Shown here: in pieces, positions 24,733-35,750 of the stretch
Layout: every line of letters starts with the position of its first letter
How positions within the stretch are numbered: the first letter of the stretch is position 1
NCBI RefSeq assembly: GCF_002113885.1
Contig: NW_018405607.1
Coordinates: forward strand, 117,329-181,328
DNA length: 64,000 nucleotides
DNA from: Mizuhopecten yessoensis
Taxonomy: Eukaryota
Direction of reading: 5' to 3'
Made by a program: the position numbers and the translations under genes
The notes under the pieces: model-generated
Told to the model about the DNA's origin: nothing
Seen by the model: the letters and a program-made list of their open reading frames with translations, nothing else
The model's database searches: none

Positions 24733-25357
24733 ATAAATAACACTTTCTATTACCCCTTTGAAAAAAATCTAGGAATCTAATTGGTTAAAAAACTACAGTG
24801 TACCAAACCGCATTCGTAAATCTCAGGGGGTATACGAAAATATCATGGTTATACGGTCATGTCACGTGATTCTCAGCAGTAATACGGTGGAATCACGTGA
24901 TTTTACAAGGGGTATACGGGTCACGTGTTTTTGTATCTTCCGACCGTGCATCGGGAGACAACTCGCATTCGTCGTCAGTTTCGCTGTATACAAAATGGCA
25001 AAACGTTTCGCTTCGCATACTGATGAGGAAATACTCGCCAAAAGGGCTAACTATGTGCCACATAACACACAAAAGTCGAACAGACGAGCGTCAAACATGC
25101 TGAGGACGTATTTAAAAGAAAAGAATCAGGAAGAACAGTTCGAGGAATTTGATAAAACGAAACTAAATGAGGTACTGCGCCTGTTATTTTTCTTTGCTTT
25201 TATTGTAAAAGACTCAAAGGGGTAATACTATTAGTTACACGGACTTTTGGCAGGGTATACGGGATGGTATGACCCTACAGGATTTCGTATTTCCGGAGGC
25301 CGATAGGCCGAAGGAAATACGAAACCCTGCCAAAAGTCCGTGTAACTAATAGTATTA
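24733..25357 (+). mobile_element. Internally deleted Crypton-type (tyrosine recombinase/DUF3504-related) element
   Basis: IR tattacccctttga (24748) / tcaaaggggtaata (25214) and terminal hairpin 25223-25357. The truncated ORF from 24995 resembles the N-terminal region of DUF3504/KCTD1-like Crypton proteins. Confidence 0.7.
24995..25225 (+). pseudogene. Truncated Crypton recombinase N-terminus
   Basis: MAKRFASHTDEEI...VPHNTQKS...MLRTYLKEK...FEEFDKTKLNEVLRL. The RFA / PxNTxK / YLxxK / LNxxL pattern was recognised from memory. The catalytic domain is absent. Confidence 0.6.
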
Positions 25358-25364
25358 CACGGAG

Positions 25365-25500
25365 AAGTCGACAGCTATTTTCCGTAGGTCAGTGGTTATT
25401 CTCCTGGTGCTCCGAATTTTCCTCCACCCTTAACCTGACACGTCCTGAAACGACCTTAGTAGAGGGCGTAAAGCGCAAATAAACTACCCCAAACAAATTA
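25365..25500 (+). mobile_element. V-domain-like SINE fragment
   Basis: gtcagtggttattctcctggtgctccg..ttcctccac followed by the family tail. Confidence 0.5.
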
Positions 25501-25589
25501 TCTGTTGACTGATTTGTGAAAATATAATAAACTGAACTTTACCGAACTAGCTGCTCACATTAGTCGCCTCATGCGATCATGCACTTAAT

Positions 25590-25930
25590 AGAATCTTTCA
25601 CTTCTGTGTGATATAGACAAAGAAATCTTAAGGAGGGGTAAGAATTTTACCCTTCAGGTTGATATTTCGCTGTCTGCATAGCACATGAAATATTTATTAT
25701 TTTTCTCCAACACTTTCCTATACCTCCATCACCAAGGCCCCACGACATGTGTGACAAAACTGGTGACGTTTCCCTGGTAACGCTACATAAAGTGATGACG
25801 CGATGGTGACGATTTTAGAATAATACCGCATGTGAGTTATAATTATCTTCTATATGTATAATTCTGTAGGTAAAGACATGTTAAACTTTTCTCTTGCGGA
25901 ATGCACCTGTGAAGTGAGGGAGAAACAAGA
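25590..25930 (-). mobile_element. Degenerate Crypton-like hairpin element, reverse orientation
   Basis: Imperfect hairpin at 25590-25695 and short IR tttctcc / ggagaaa. Confidence 0.35.
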
Positions 25931-26175
25931 GTTTTATTCTTGCACAGAACTTCCACTGTTTGTTACCAAGGCAATCGATCTTGTTTCAACTAAAGCTCGC
26001 AACTTTAAAGTCATTTCTCTGTGTGCGCAGATGGTGTGAGATTTCCAAGTACATTAGACGGGAAATATTTTCTTGGGCTTCGGGAAACCTTTATTGCTAC
26101 CCTGTCACTTTACTTTAAAACTGCGCATTTCTCTGACAAACCTGGAGACTAATTCGGGAATGAATTGTATGTAAG

Positions 26176-26564
26176 AATTTAAGGGTCCCCTTACCACTAC
26201 CAAAAACCGTAATTACATTTTTGTAAGCATTGGAAACTATATTTCTCGGTTTTGATCAATCATTTCCGAAAAGAAATTCATACCTTGCAGGGCTTTTGTG
26301 AAAAATTAATAAAGATAAAGTATAATCGAAACAGTGTTTTGAGTGTAAAAACTCAGCAGGATCAGACAGGATTCGTAGCCTGGACTTCAGATTGCTATCC
26401 TGTCGCTCTAATTAACTAAGTTACCGAGTCACCGGAAGTGCTTTTGTCCAATTGCAGTTACAGTTGTATCCAAAATGAAATTAATGTGGGCCTACTTTAT
26501 ATACGATAAACAAAAGCGGGATCTCTATTGTTTGGTCTACGTCGGGATAGGAATCCTTAAGATT
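26176..26564 (-). mobile_element. TIR-bounded element containing an internal tRNA-like cassette
   Basis: aatttaagggtccccttacc ... gggataggaatccttaagatt, with minus-strand A/B boxes at about 26367-26426. Confidence 0.55.
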
Positions 26565-28069
26565 ACTTGTTCTTTAGTAAACTACCCTCCGATCAGGGGA
26601 GAGAGGGTTTTTACTGAAGTACCGGACAGGCGTCCTGTTTTTCCTGTTCCTAATTCAATACTTCACTAAAATCAGCAGAAAGCACTATACCGGCATTTAT
26701 CGGAAATGGGCCATTACGAATAAACATCAATCGATGAATATGTGATTGCAAATGAAGAGAACACAATTCAGTTACCGTAAACTCAACTCTTGTGTATTCT
26801 TCCAAGAAACGAAAGACACATTTTTGTTGTAGAGTTATTTATTATTTATCGCTGATGAACGATATGATGGAAGAAAGGACCACCGCGGTGAATACAGAAT
26901 AGTGATGCGGCACGCTAGCCTTCGGGTTATACTGGGCTGTTTACAGATTTAAATCTAGTTTCTTTTTATTTCCTATTTTATCTTATTTGATTATTGCGGG
27001 GTTAAACGTAGGGCTTGAAGAATATGTGTGAAAAGGACCATTTCTCACTAATATTGGTAATGTTGTTCATGTGTTTTCTCGTCAAATGTGAGTGAGTTTT
27101 CATAATAGATGGATTGATTGCGACATAAACAGCAGTGTATAGGGGAGTACTGCACATTTGTATAAAGTATTGTTATGCTTTTAACATGTATTAAAGATAA
27201 TGGCCAATCTGTAAAATATCAACAATGTAAGATTTTGTTATCAAATAAATCTATGAAATACAGTGCCAAAATGACACACGAAAAAAAAAAGAGGAAGAAT
27301 TTCAAATTTCAAAAGAAAAGAAGGCAAAATGAGTATTTAAAGATATATCAGAAACAATACCACCATGGTAAACCGTTGATCTCAATCGCAGCTTCTTTTC
27401 AAACCGAAACGAAAGACAGTCTAACGTTATGTCTTGGATATCTATTTATACAATGGTCGTTGTCCAATTTTTTAGATTCCAATTTTGTGCAAAATATCTT
27501 GACTTTGAAAGTTTGAGTTTTTTTTTTACTAAATTCAATGAAAAGTATATTTAATGATCTTTCTGTAAAGGCCACCTGTCTATAGCGGCCATCTTTGTAA
27601 TAATTAACTCTCGTTTATTTTGACATTTTCCGCTAATTACACTAATCAGGTGTGCAACTCATACGAATTCTTCAATTAGAAACGGAGCTTTAACCAACGA
27701 ATGTGAAAACTACCTACTAATTGTTATAGATGACTTGGGCTCGGGCACTCCGACGAGATTTCTGCTCCTGCCAGCAATTATTTTGACCTTAAAAGTTACG
27801 CTATAAAGTAGCATGAATTAGTCCATAGATTGAATTGTCTTCAGTGGTCTAGGATAAAGTTACACTTGCTCGACGTTTGATGTATTTTCGTGACGTTGAC
27901 CTTTAGATCACGTTTCTGAGATGGTGGGCGCTGTACCATCTAAGTCGGGATTGACTCCGTCATTCGACCGGAAGCAACCCTTAAATTACTCAAGGCATGC
28001 CTACGCACCTGTCCAAGGAGACAAAATAAAACTGTCCGCTAACTTTGGTTTTGCCATCTCGTCTCTTAG

Positions 28070-28785
28070 TTATTTCGCGTTATAATGGACGATAAATAGA
28101 TGGTAAAGGGACGATAAATCTTAGCCTAACCTCGTTCCATGTCTCTCAAAACACGAAGTTAAGTTACTTTTGGCTCTTTGTCACGCTATTTATTGGAAAG
28201 CGCGTCTTCGTTCCATCGCCTCTTAAAACACGAAGGTGAAGAAAGAAAAAGAGGAGACGAAACGAAGATAAGACGACGCTAATTAACGCCCTGTTATCTT
28301 CGTCCCTTTGGGTATTTCCCTTACTATCCGGCAAGGCGACAAAATGACGAAACGCTAATTACTACAACTTCCCCGCGAAGGGACGATACTTATCGTTCTT
28401 TCGCCCCCTCCTAACGCGAAACAAAGAAGGAGTGACATGTCATATATAAGCCACCATATTTACTTATGGTGCCTGATTTGTTATTCAATTACATGTACGT
28501 ATCCCTTTGCGTTACTTTGTTCAATCATCACAACACACGAAGTAATGCTATGTATCGTCCCTACGCCACAAAGGGACAATAATTAACGTGGCTTTGTTCC
28601 ATCGCCTCTTAAAACACGAAGTCGAAGGAAAGAAAAGGCGAAGAAATGAAGGCGACGAAACGCAAATGTTAGGTCGCCTTCAACCTGTGGCGAGGCGGTG
28701 AAAGAACGAACGCTAATTATCATTTCTTAGCTGAGAAGGGACGATAATAAGCGCTCCTTCACCCCTTTATATAACACAATACTAA
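28070..28785. repeat. Modular CpG-rich repeat, probable TE remnant
   Basis: Recurring gggacgata and cgctaatta motifs. The block gttccatcgcctcttaaaacacgaag occurs at about 28210 and 28596. Confidence 0.55.
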
Positions 28786-30244
28786 ATAGTCGAGTTCTAT
28801 TTTCCTTAGTTTAAATTTACTTTTAGATCTTTCAATCAAAGGTACCGCTACATAAAAATCGAACGCAGATTTGATGACATTTTTAATAACTTGAGATCAT
28901 ACAGTAGGAGATCGACAGAAGTTTATATGATCGAAAGTTAATGTCCATATGAAGTCCTTCACAGTGGACGTGTAAGGGCTATATCCTATGACGACTGGTA
29001 ATTTAGGTCCATATTACAAATCTCGTTATTTACTTACCTCGACCTGAAAGCGAAAATCTGAAATACGTAGGAAAACTATCTTAAACTCACCGACATCTCT
29101 GCAAAAATGTCACAATAAAAATATCTCAAGGCTATATGTAAAATATCAATATATATATATATATATATATCAAACAAACACGTTTAAAACAAACTAAACG
29201 AGAACTACGGTAGTTCAAGCACCAAGCCTGTATATATTGTAACTATAGATCTCCGTGAAATTGTGTCTGACTGTTTTACGAGATTGGTTCCCCTGTTATT
29301 CCCTCTGCTCATAAATGTCTAAACTCAGGTCGTGTCACCAGGAAAAGCAAGGTTAAACACATACGATCGACCGTCTTCATGTGCAAATACAAATGTGCTG
29401 AACAACCGTTTTACCTTGAAATGTGATATTTGTTGACTTTCTATTTGAAAGCCAAACATTTTCTGATATATGTACATGTAATGTGGTAATCGCTACAAAG
29501 CTTAACGAACGTGATTTGCTTTGACAAGATAAGATGCTTTGTTTTGATCAGCGTTTACTGACCCTTCCTACAGACAAGGTCATAAAAATACGGGCTCCTG
29601 TGGAGACTATACGAACAAAAGTAGATTGGAGAGAAAAAAAGTGTTTCTATTAGGGAAGATGGTCAAATTTTGTTTCTTCAGAAGACACAAAAGAAAATCC
29701 CCCTTTTTTTAGGGTAGGAATGAACACATTAGTCTCCTCATTCGATAACAATGCAATGTATATAGCAGATCTATAATCTTCCCGAAGGAATAAGGGTTGT
29801 AAAAATAATATAAAGTAAGGCCTCCTCGCCTGTTTGACATGTGTTTTGAGCGGAGAATTTTAAATATACTGAGTGCTTCGAATTCATGCGGAGCAGGAAA
29901 TGCTCACCTTGGTTTTTGGTCCCTAACTTTTTGTTAGCCTATTCGACGCTATGGGTTGTCTCCCGTATGGATTATGTGTCCCGTCGTCCCAAGGGACCTG
30001 ATAATCAAGACACAAGATGTATTCTGAGGCTAAGATTTGTGTACTACTGTTAAACAGGTCTAGATCATTAACACCTAGCAACATTTATATAAACTACGCA
30101 TGTTTGAATCTATTTGTCATTCCACTGTAAAAGTCTCTGACTTGAGCAAGGCTTCATTTACATTTTTTATTGAATAGTCTTTCTCAAGAGCGATATTTGG
30201 GCAGTCTCTTCAAGTACCTGTGATTTTAATCTCTAATTCTTTTC

Positions 30245-30407
30245 GACACAAACAAAAGAAATTGTACTAAAATGTATATTGTGTCTTAATTTTCACGCCC
30301 CTGTGATGCATGCAGGTATTAACCCCTAATACTTTTTGACACAAACACAAGGAATTGTATTAAAATGTATAGTGTGTCATAATTTTCACGTCCCTGTGAT
30401 GCATGCA
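30245..30407. repeat. ~93-bp tandem duplication
   Basis: gacacaaaca..aattgta.taaaatgtata.tgtgtc.taattttcacg.ccctgtgatgcatgca x2. Confidence 0.85.
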
Positions 30408-32427
30408 TGGGGTTCAAATACGTGTTCGAACGAATTATTGTGCTCAATCGATGGTACATACACGTTAATGCATTTTTCATTATGCGTGTAAAATTGAATC
30501 TTATTAATAGGAAACGTTTGGTTTCCAGCAAAATCTGTCAGGGATTCCGGAAAAAGACAGAAAACGATTTGTTAGTGTAATAGTCCCTGGTAACCTCTGA
30601 TCCTACCAACAGGTAGTGATAATGTTAATTTTCTTGGCTCTATAGATTGCATTGATGGTATCAAAATTAACTCAACCGTCCGTGCCAAAATTGAGATATT
30701 TCGTTATTGTGGCACTCGTAAATGACCTTTAAATTGACTCCAACGTCGACATGTGACCCGCTGTGTGTAATTGCGTGGGTTTTGTTCGGATTAGAAATAT
30801 TCTTATTTATTCTACAATTATCGTTGCAAGCCCCTGTGTGATCTTAATAGTTACAAAGACGTTTAACCTGTTAGAAATGAACTTAAATGATCTGCATAAT
30901 TGCCGATCTAAAGGGCTTTATTTGACCTTCAGGATCTCCCAAATCCCCACCGAAACCCCACCTCTTACTCCACTCACGCAATTTTGGATATTTCTAAGAC
31001 AAGTATTTCTCCAATTTCGGAATACCCAATGGAAATTTGCTCTAATTCCCCACACACTCCCTACCAACCACCACCACCACCACCACCGACAAAGCTTCGT
31101 TTCGTTTCTGAATCCGTCACTCGATCATATATGGGGAAAAAGCCCATAATGATCGGGAACTATATCAAATTACCAACGAATCTGACAAGTCAGGAACATA
31201 TATGGATTTCCTTTGTTATAGAAGGTACAAAGAAATATAACAAAGAGTACATATATATATGCAGTTGAGCGTTTTGAATCAATACACAAATAAGTAAGTA
31301 AAGTTGATCAGTTAGATTGTAGATAGGCCTGATGGGGTCTGGATCCCTCGGGACTTATAGGTGAAATATTGATGAACCCCCAGTAAGGTATAACAGTACC
31401 TATATACCTTGGTATGTTGAAACTATAGAATTCACACCAAAGGACGGTATACTCTGCAACGGTATCATTAGTGGGTGTACGAAACTTCTCTTGTCGTCAA
31501 TGTAGATCCGGGTACTGTTCGAGAAATGTTTGAAGCTTTTCCTCCCGCCTCGATTAACATGAGACAACCGCGCGCTAGAACAAACATTTTGGTGACGTTA
31601 GGCTGTTCCATGAATCTTGTTTGCGCTTACGATACAAACACTTCAATATCGAAAATATACGGGAATATCTATATTTAGTTCATTTTTAACTCAATATTTA
31701 GAAGGTAAATATAAGGATTGATCGGGGTTTTTTTTAATATTCATGCCAGTATGAAATTGAAAAACTGCCTTTCAGTTCTTATGCAATCAGGCATTTGAAA
31801 ACAAAATTATTATTGTTGATTGTGTAAGCAGATCAAAGATTCTTGATTTTACTTGGTAGATCTGGCGATTAGACAAAATTATGAGGTAGCAAAATCAGTT
31901 GGATATTTCCTGAGAAATTATGAAGTTCCTGTATATAATTATATTTAATATTCAAAAAGTTGGAAATATCAGGTTGAAGGCAATACATTTGAAGTTGTAA
32001 GTTCGTCAAAAAGTAAAATGAATTTCAGATATGCACAACTTTTGATATATAAATTTCATATAACATAATACAAATAAAATTATTTGCTTTCTGTTACCTT
32101 AACTTAAATGGTAAGTTAATGTGATTAAATGTTATTTGTTCAACTTGCAGTCTGTAAGATCTGGTTTAAGGGACCTCGTTCCAATGTCAAAACCTATAAC
32201 CATGAATCGGATATTTTGCCCGGCATGGCAGTAGCTTTGATAAGTAATTTCTATAAAGAATCCCAATACCTTGCGAAACTTTTATTACAAAAAATAATAA
32301 GGATAAAATAAACAAAAATATATCAACAACGGTATTCTGAGAGTAAAGATGCTTCGGGGCAAAGCTGCGATTCGAACCCTGCACCTTAAACGGAGGAAGT
32401 CTCCAGCGTTTTGCCTGGGACAGGGAC

Positions 32428-32748
32428 CTTAATGATCCCCGTACCACTGTAACCACGCATTGGAAACTGTGTCATGACGACGGCATTGATAAATTAATTA
32501 ATAACAAAATATAAGATCAACCACATTGTTTTCAGAAAAAAAGAGAAAAAAAAATCAAGCTAAACAATGAGTAAACCTGAAAACGTCATAATGTTATAAT
32601 ATTGCTCTATCCGATTGAGCTATCTGGCCAAAGAAAGTGTCTTGGCCCGACTTTACTACAGTTATTACCAAAACGAAATTAAAAGGAGGGGGTTCACTGT
32701 ATATACGAAAATAACCCAGAGTGCAATGGGACAGGTATCCTTAAAATC
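32428..32748 (-). mobile_element. Same TIR + tRNA-like family as 26176-26564
   Basis: ttaatgatccccgtaccactg ... caatgggacaggtatccttaa, with an A-box remnant ctatccgattgagcta. Confidence 0.55.
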
Positions 32749-33389
32749 CAACGAATTGAATGATTTTTGACATAAACCTTTTATTTAGCACAACCTGTAT
32801 CAATTATAATAGGAAACAGTAGCGCATCGTTTATACACGGGAACATTATTCTATACGAAAACGCCAAATCAGGGACTTAATGAACACTGGATAGAAATAA
32901 ATTACATTACTTCTCAGCATCCTATGTATGTTAAAGCGGCAAAGTAAGGAAAATATTTAAAGAAAAGGAGACATGAAAAATGGAATCAAAATTTCAAAAC
33001 AAGGTCAATCACTTTTAATTATTCATTAAGCGGACAAATCAGCAGACATTCGGGTCTTTAGAACTAAACCCAATCACCATTAGTCAAGTTACTAATCTGA
33101 GGTGTTTTTTTCAACAAAATTAATGAGGAACGATACAACTGGAGCCTCTTCCCCGTCTCTATCTTTCGTGTGTGAAATGTTGATTATTAACTATCCTCAG
33201 TCCGGACTCCCTCACTTAAATAATTTATTGTGTTAGAATACCAAGTGTGACGTCCCCTGGCTAAGATCATTAAAGTATTTCCCTTATACCAAAGTTCCAG
33301 TACATTATCTGACCATATATATTTAACTGATCATTCAAGTGCCCATGGTATGGTTTATTTTACGTCTTCGATACTGCAATAGCTGTGCA

Positions 33390-33695
33390 TTCCGCCCGAA
33401 CAAGCAATATTCGCCCAGCTCACGTCATATCCGCCCGAACAACCAATATTCGCCCAGCTCACGTCATATCTGCCAGTGCGGATATGATTGTTTTCTTTAT
33501 TAATATGCAATACTGCTAGCCGTTTACAGACAGTTTCCCGGACTGACTCATATCTGCCCAGTACGTGCCATATTTACCCAGTGCATGCCATATCTGCACA
33601 GTACGCACCATATCTGCCTAGCACGAGCTATATTTGCCCAGTACGCGTGAAATCTGCCAAGTACGAGCTATATCTGCCCGACACGTGTCATATTT
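33390..33695. repeat. 20-bp minisatellite (catatctgcccagtacgxgc) in two blocks
   Basis: About 7 units at 33549-33694, plus a related ~39-bp dimer at 33392-33476. Confidence 0.85.
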
Positions 33696-33842
33696 GTTGT
33701 ACTTCCAACTTTACACATATAAAAAACACGCTTCAAGTACGCTCTTTTTGTGTCTCTGTTTTATGATTTTGAATTTGTAATAAAACATTAAAAAGTGTTG
33801 TTTAAGCTAAAACGGTTATAATATGATCCTCCCCCATTTCAC

Positions 33843-34212
33843 CTTGAAAAATCTCCGTCCCACCGGCCTTTATTCAGTAACCACATCTAAAGTTCCGGTT
33901 TGATATAGATGTAGCTCAACTTGGCCAGCACACTTCCGTTGACTAGGTAGCACAATCGGTTAGAACGGTAGTATAACAATCTGAAGACCTGGGTTCGAAC
34001 CCCAGTCTAGCCCTGTTNNNNNNNNNNNNNNNNNNNNNNNNNNNNNNNNNNNNNNNNNNNNNNNNNNNNNNNNNNNNNNNNNNNNNNNNNNNNNNNNNNN
34101 NNNNNNNNNNNNNNNNNNNNNNNNNNNNNNNNNNNNNNNNNNNNNNNNNNNNNNNNNNNNNNNNNNNNNCACTAAGTTACAGATTTGAACAGTGGTACAG
34201 GGATCCTTCAGA
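33843..34212 (+). mobile_element. Same TIR + tRNA-like family, plus orientation, spanning a gap
   Basis: ttgaaaaatctccgtcccaccg ... cagtggtacagggatccttca, with A box tagcacaatcgg and B box ggttcgaaccc. Confidence 0.55.
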
Positions 34213-34839
34213 ACTAGTTTTAGCAGTAGCCTTGCTCAAGCCCGATATTCTTTAGAAACAAATTGATAAAAGTAACGCCGTCAAGTGAGAAGAAAAGCCA
34301 TAAACCATGCATTGTTGCCCATGACGACGGCGAAAGCGGAATACGAGTAGTAGCCTTGCTCAAGCCCGAGACATTTTTATGGATGCTGGGACCAATCGAT
34401 AAAAACACCTGCGGCCGTGGCCATCTCCACTGGAACTTTTCGATGTCTCAAGTGACTGTGAAAGCCTCGGTCAGACAATATTTTTTGCCAAATACCACGC
34501 AATTAGGACTTTGTGATCTGTTTACGGCTGTGTGATGTTATTGGGATGAGAAGAAAACTAATCAATGGAACAATTTCCTTTACGAGTCAACAGGAATGTC
34601 ACCAGAAGTGGCGCACGAAGAGTTAAAACATTGGGGATCATGCAGGGTATTGCCGTTATGATTGGATATGTATGTATATAGTTGGATTGACTAATGAAAT
34701 AGTGACTAGCAAGCATTTCACCGTTTAAAAATGACCTCAATTTATGTCCCTTGTTGGTAATCTAAGTATAGTAAAACCTCGATATAATTCCCAACGTTTT
34801 AGTTGCCACCTCGTTTTCTGCTACAAATTGTAACATATA

Positions 34840-35255
34840 TCATTGTTACACCTCAAGTGAATTTCTAGCTATTTGATTGGTTGGGAGAAAATTAAACCAA
34901 AATCTCTGTCACCCTCCGAAAATCCATTGGTTTTAAGGGGCGCGGGTGATATTGCCATAAGCCAGTGACAAATATCACATGCGCAAAAAATGTGCGTGCA
35001 CCGCTTCGTTTCCCCACCGTGATGGTCACAAGAACGTTTGACGGCAAAAGCCAATTTCATCAGGCGCCGGTGCGATAGCGATTGTAAACAGCAGACTATC
35101 AACAAACAAGATGTCATTATCGAGGTTTGCGGCCGTTTCTGAGCTACATTGACATTTGGTGTAACAAAATAGATATTCCATTCATTAGCAGGTGACAGTG
35201 AATATTTTCAACCCTCAAAAACCCATTGTCACCTGCTAATGAATGTAATATTTAT
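34840..35255 (+). mobile_element. Crypton-like non-autonomous element
   Basis: IR ttgttacacc / ggtgtaacaa, TGATTGG after the left IR, and terminal hairpin cattcattagcaggtgaca...tgtcacctgctaatgaatg. Confidence 0.6.
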
Positions 35256-35575
35256 ATATTGTCCCTTTTTCTTAAGAATTCCTTTATAGATTTCCTTCAA
35301 TTTGTCGCCAAACTGTTTGATAACTCCAACATTTCCCTTGACAAATGGTGTCAGTATAACGACGCTTTACTGTACAGTATAGTCTCGATATGATGCAATT
35401 TCTTCCATATCGCCACCTCCCTTACCGCCAATTCATGTGAAGGTCCAATGTTTTTCTTCAAAATTCCTTTAAACATCTGTCTAGATTTAAAACCATTTAT
35501 AACGCCGGTACTTTCTTTAGACACATGTTGGCAGTATAACAAACTTTTACTGACAGAATGATATTGTTACATGTA

Positions 35576-35750
35576 TTCCGTCTTTGCGTATTGCAGAGTT
35601 ATCTTCTCTTGGGAGCAGGTATTGATTGTTACGTGTGAGAAAATTACGTCGTTTTCTCAAAAATTGATGACGTTTCTCTCACAAACAAGTGACGTAACAA
35701 TCAATATCTGCTCCAAAGAGAAGATAACTCTGCCATACGCAAAGACGGAA
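35576..35750. mobile_element. Palindromic MITE, second copy of the 13670-13856 family
   Basis: TIRs ttccgtctttgcgta... / ...tacgcaaagacggaa. Confidence 0.85.

Noticed and set aside
30984-31268. Poly-Pro / poly-His ORFs
   Set aside because: Caused by a short (CAC)n microsatellite at about 31068-31087.
31380-31680. Coding-like, CpG-rich segment
   Set aside because: No frame on either strand gave a recognisable protein or a consistent exon. BLASTX is needed.
33945-34015. Functional tRNA gene (also 3983, 7105, 10913, 26367)
   Set aside because: A/B boxes are present but the stems do not pair into a cloverleaf, and each is embedded in a repeat.
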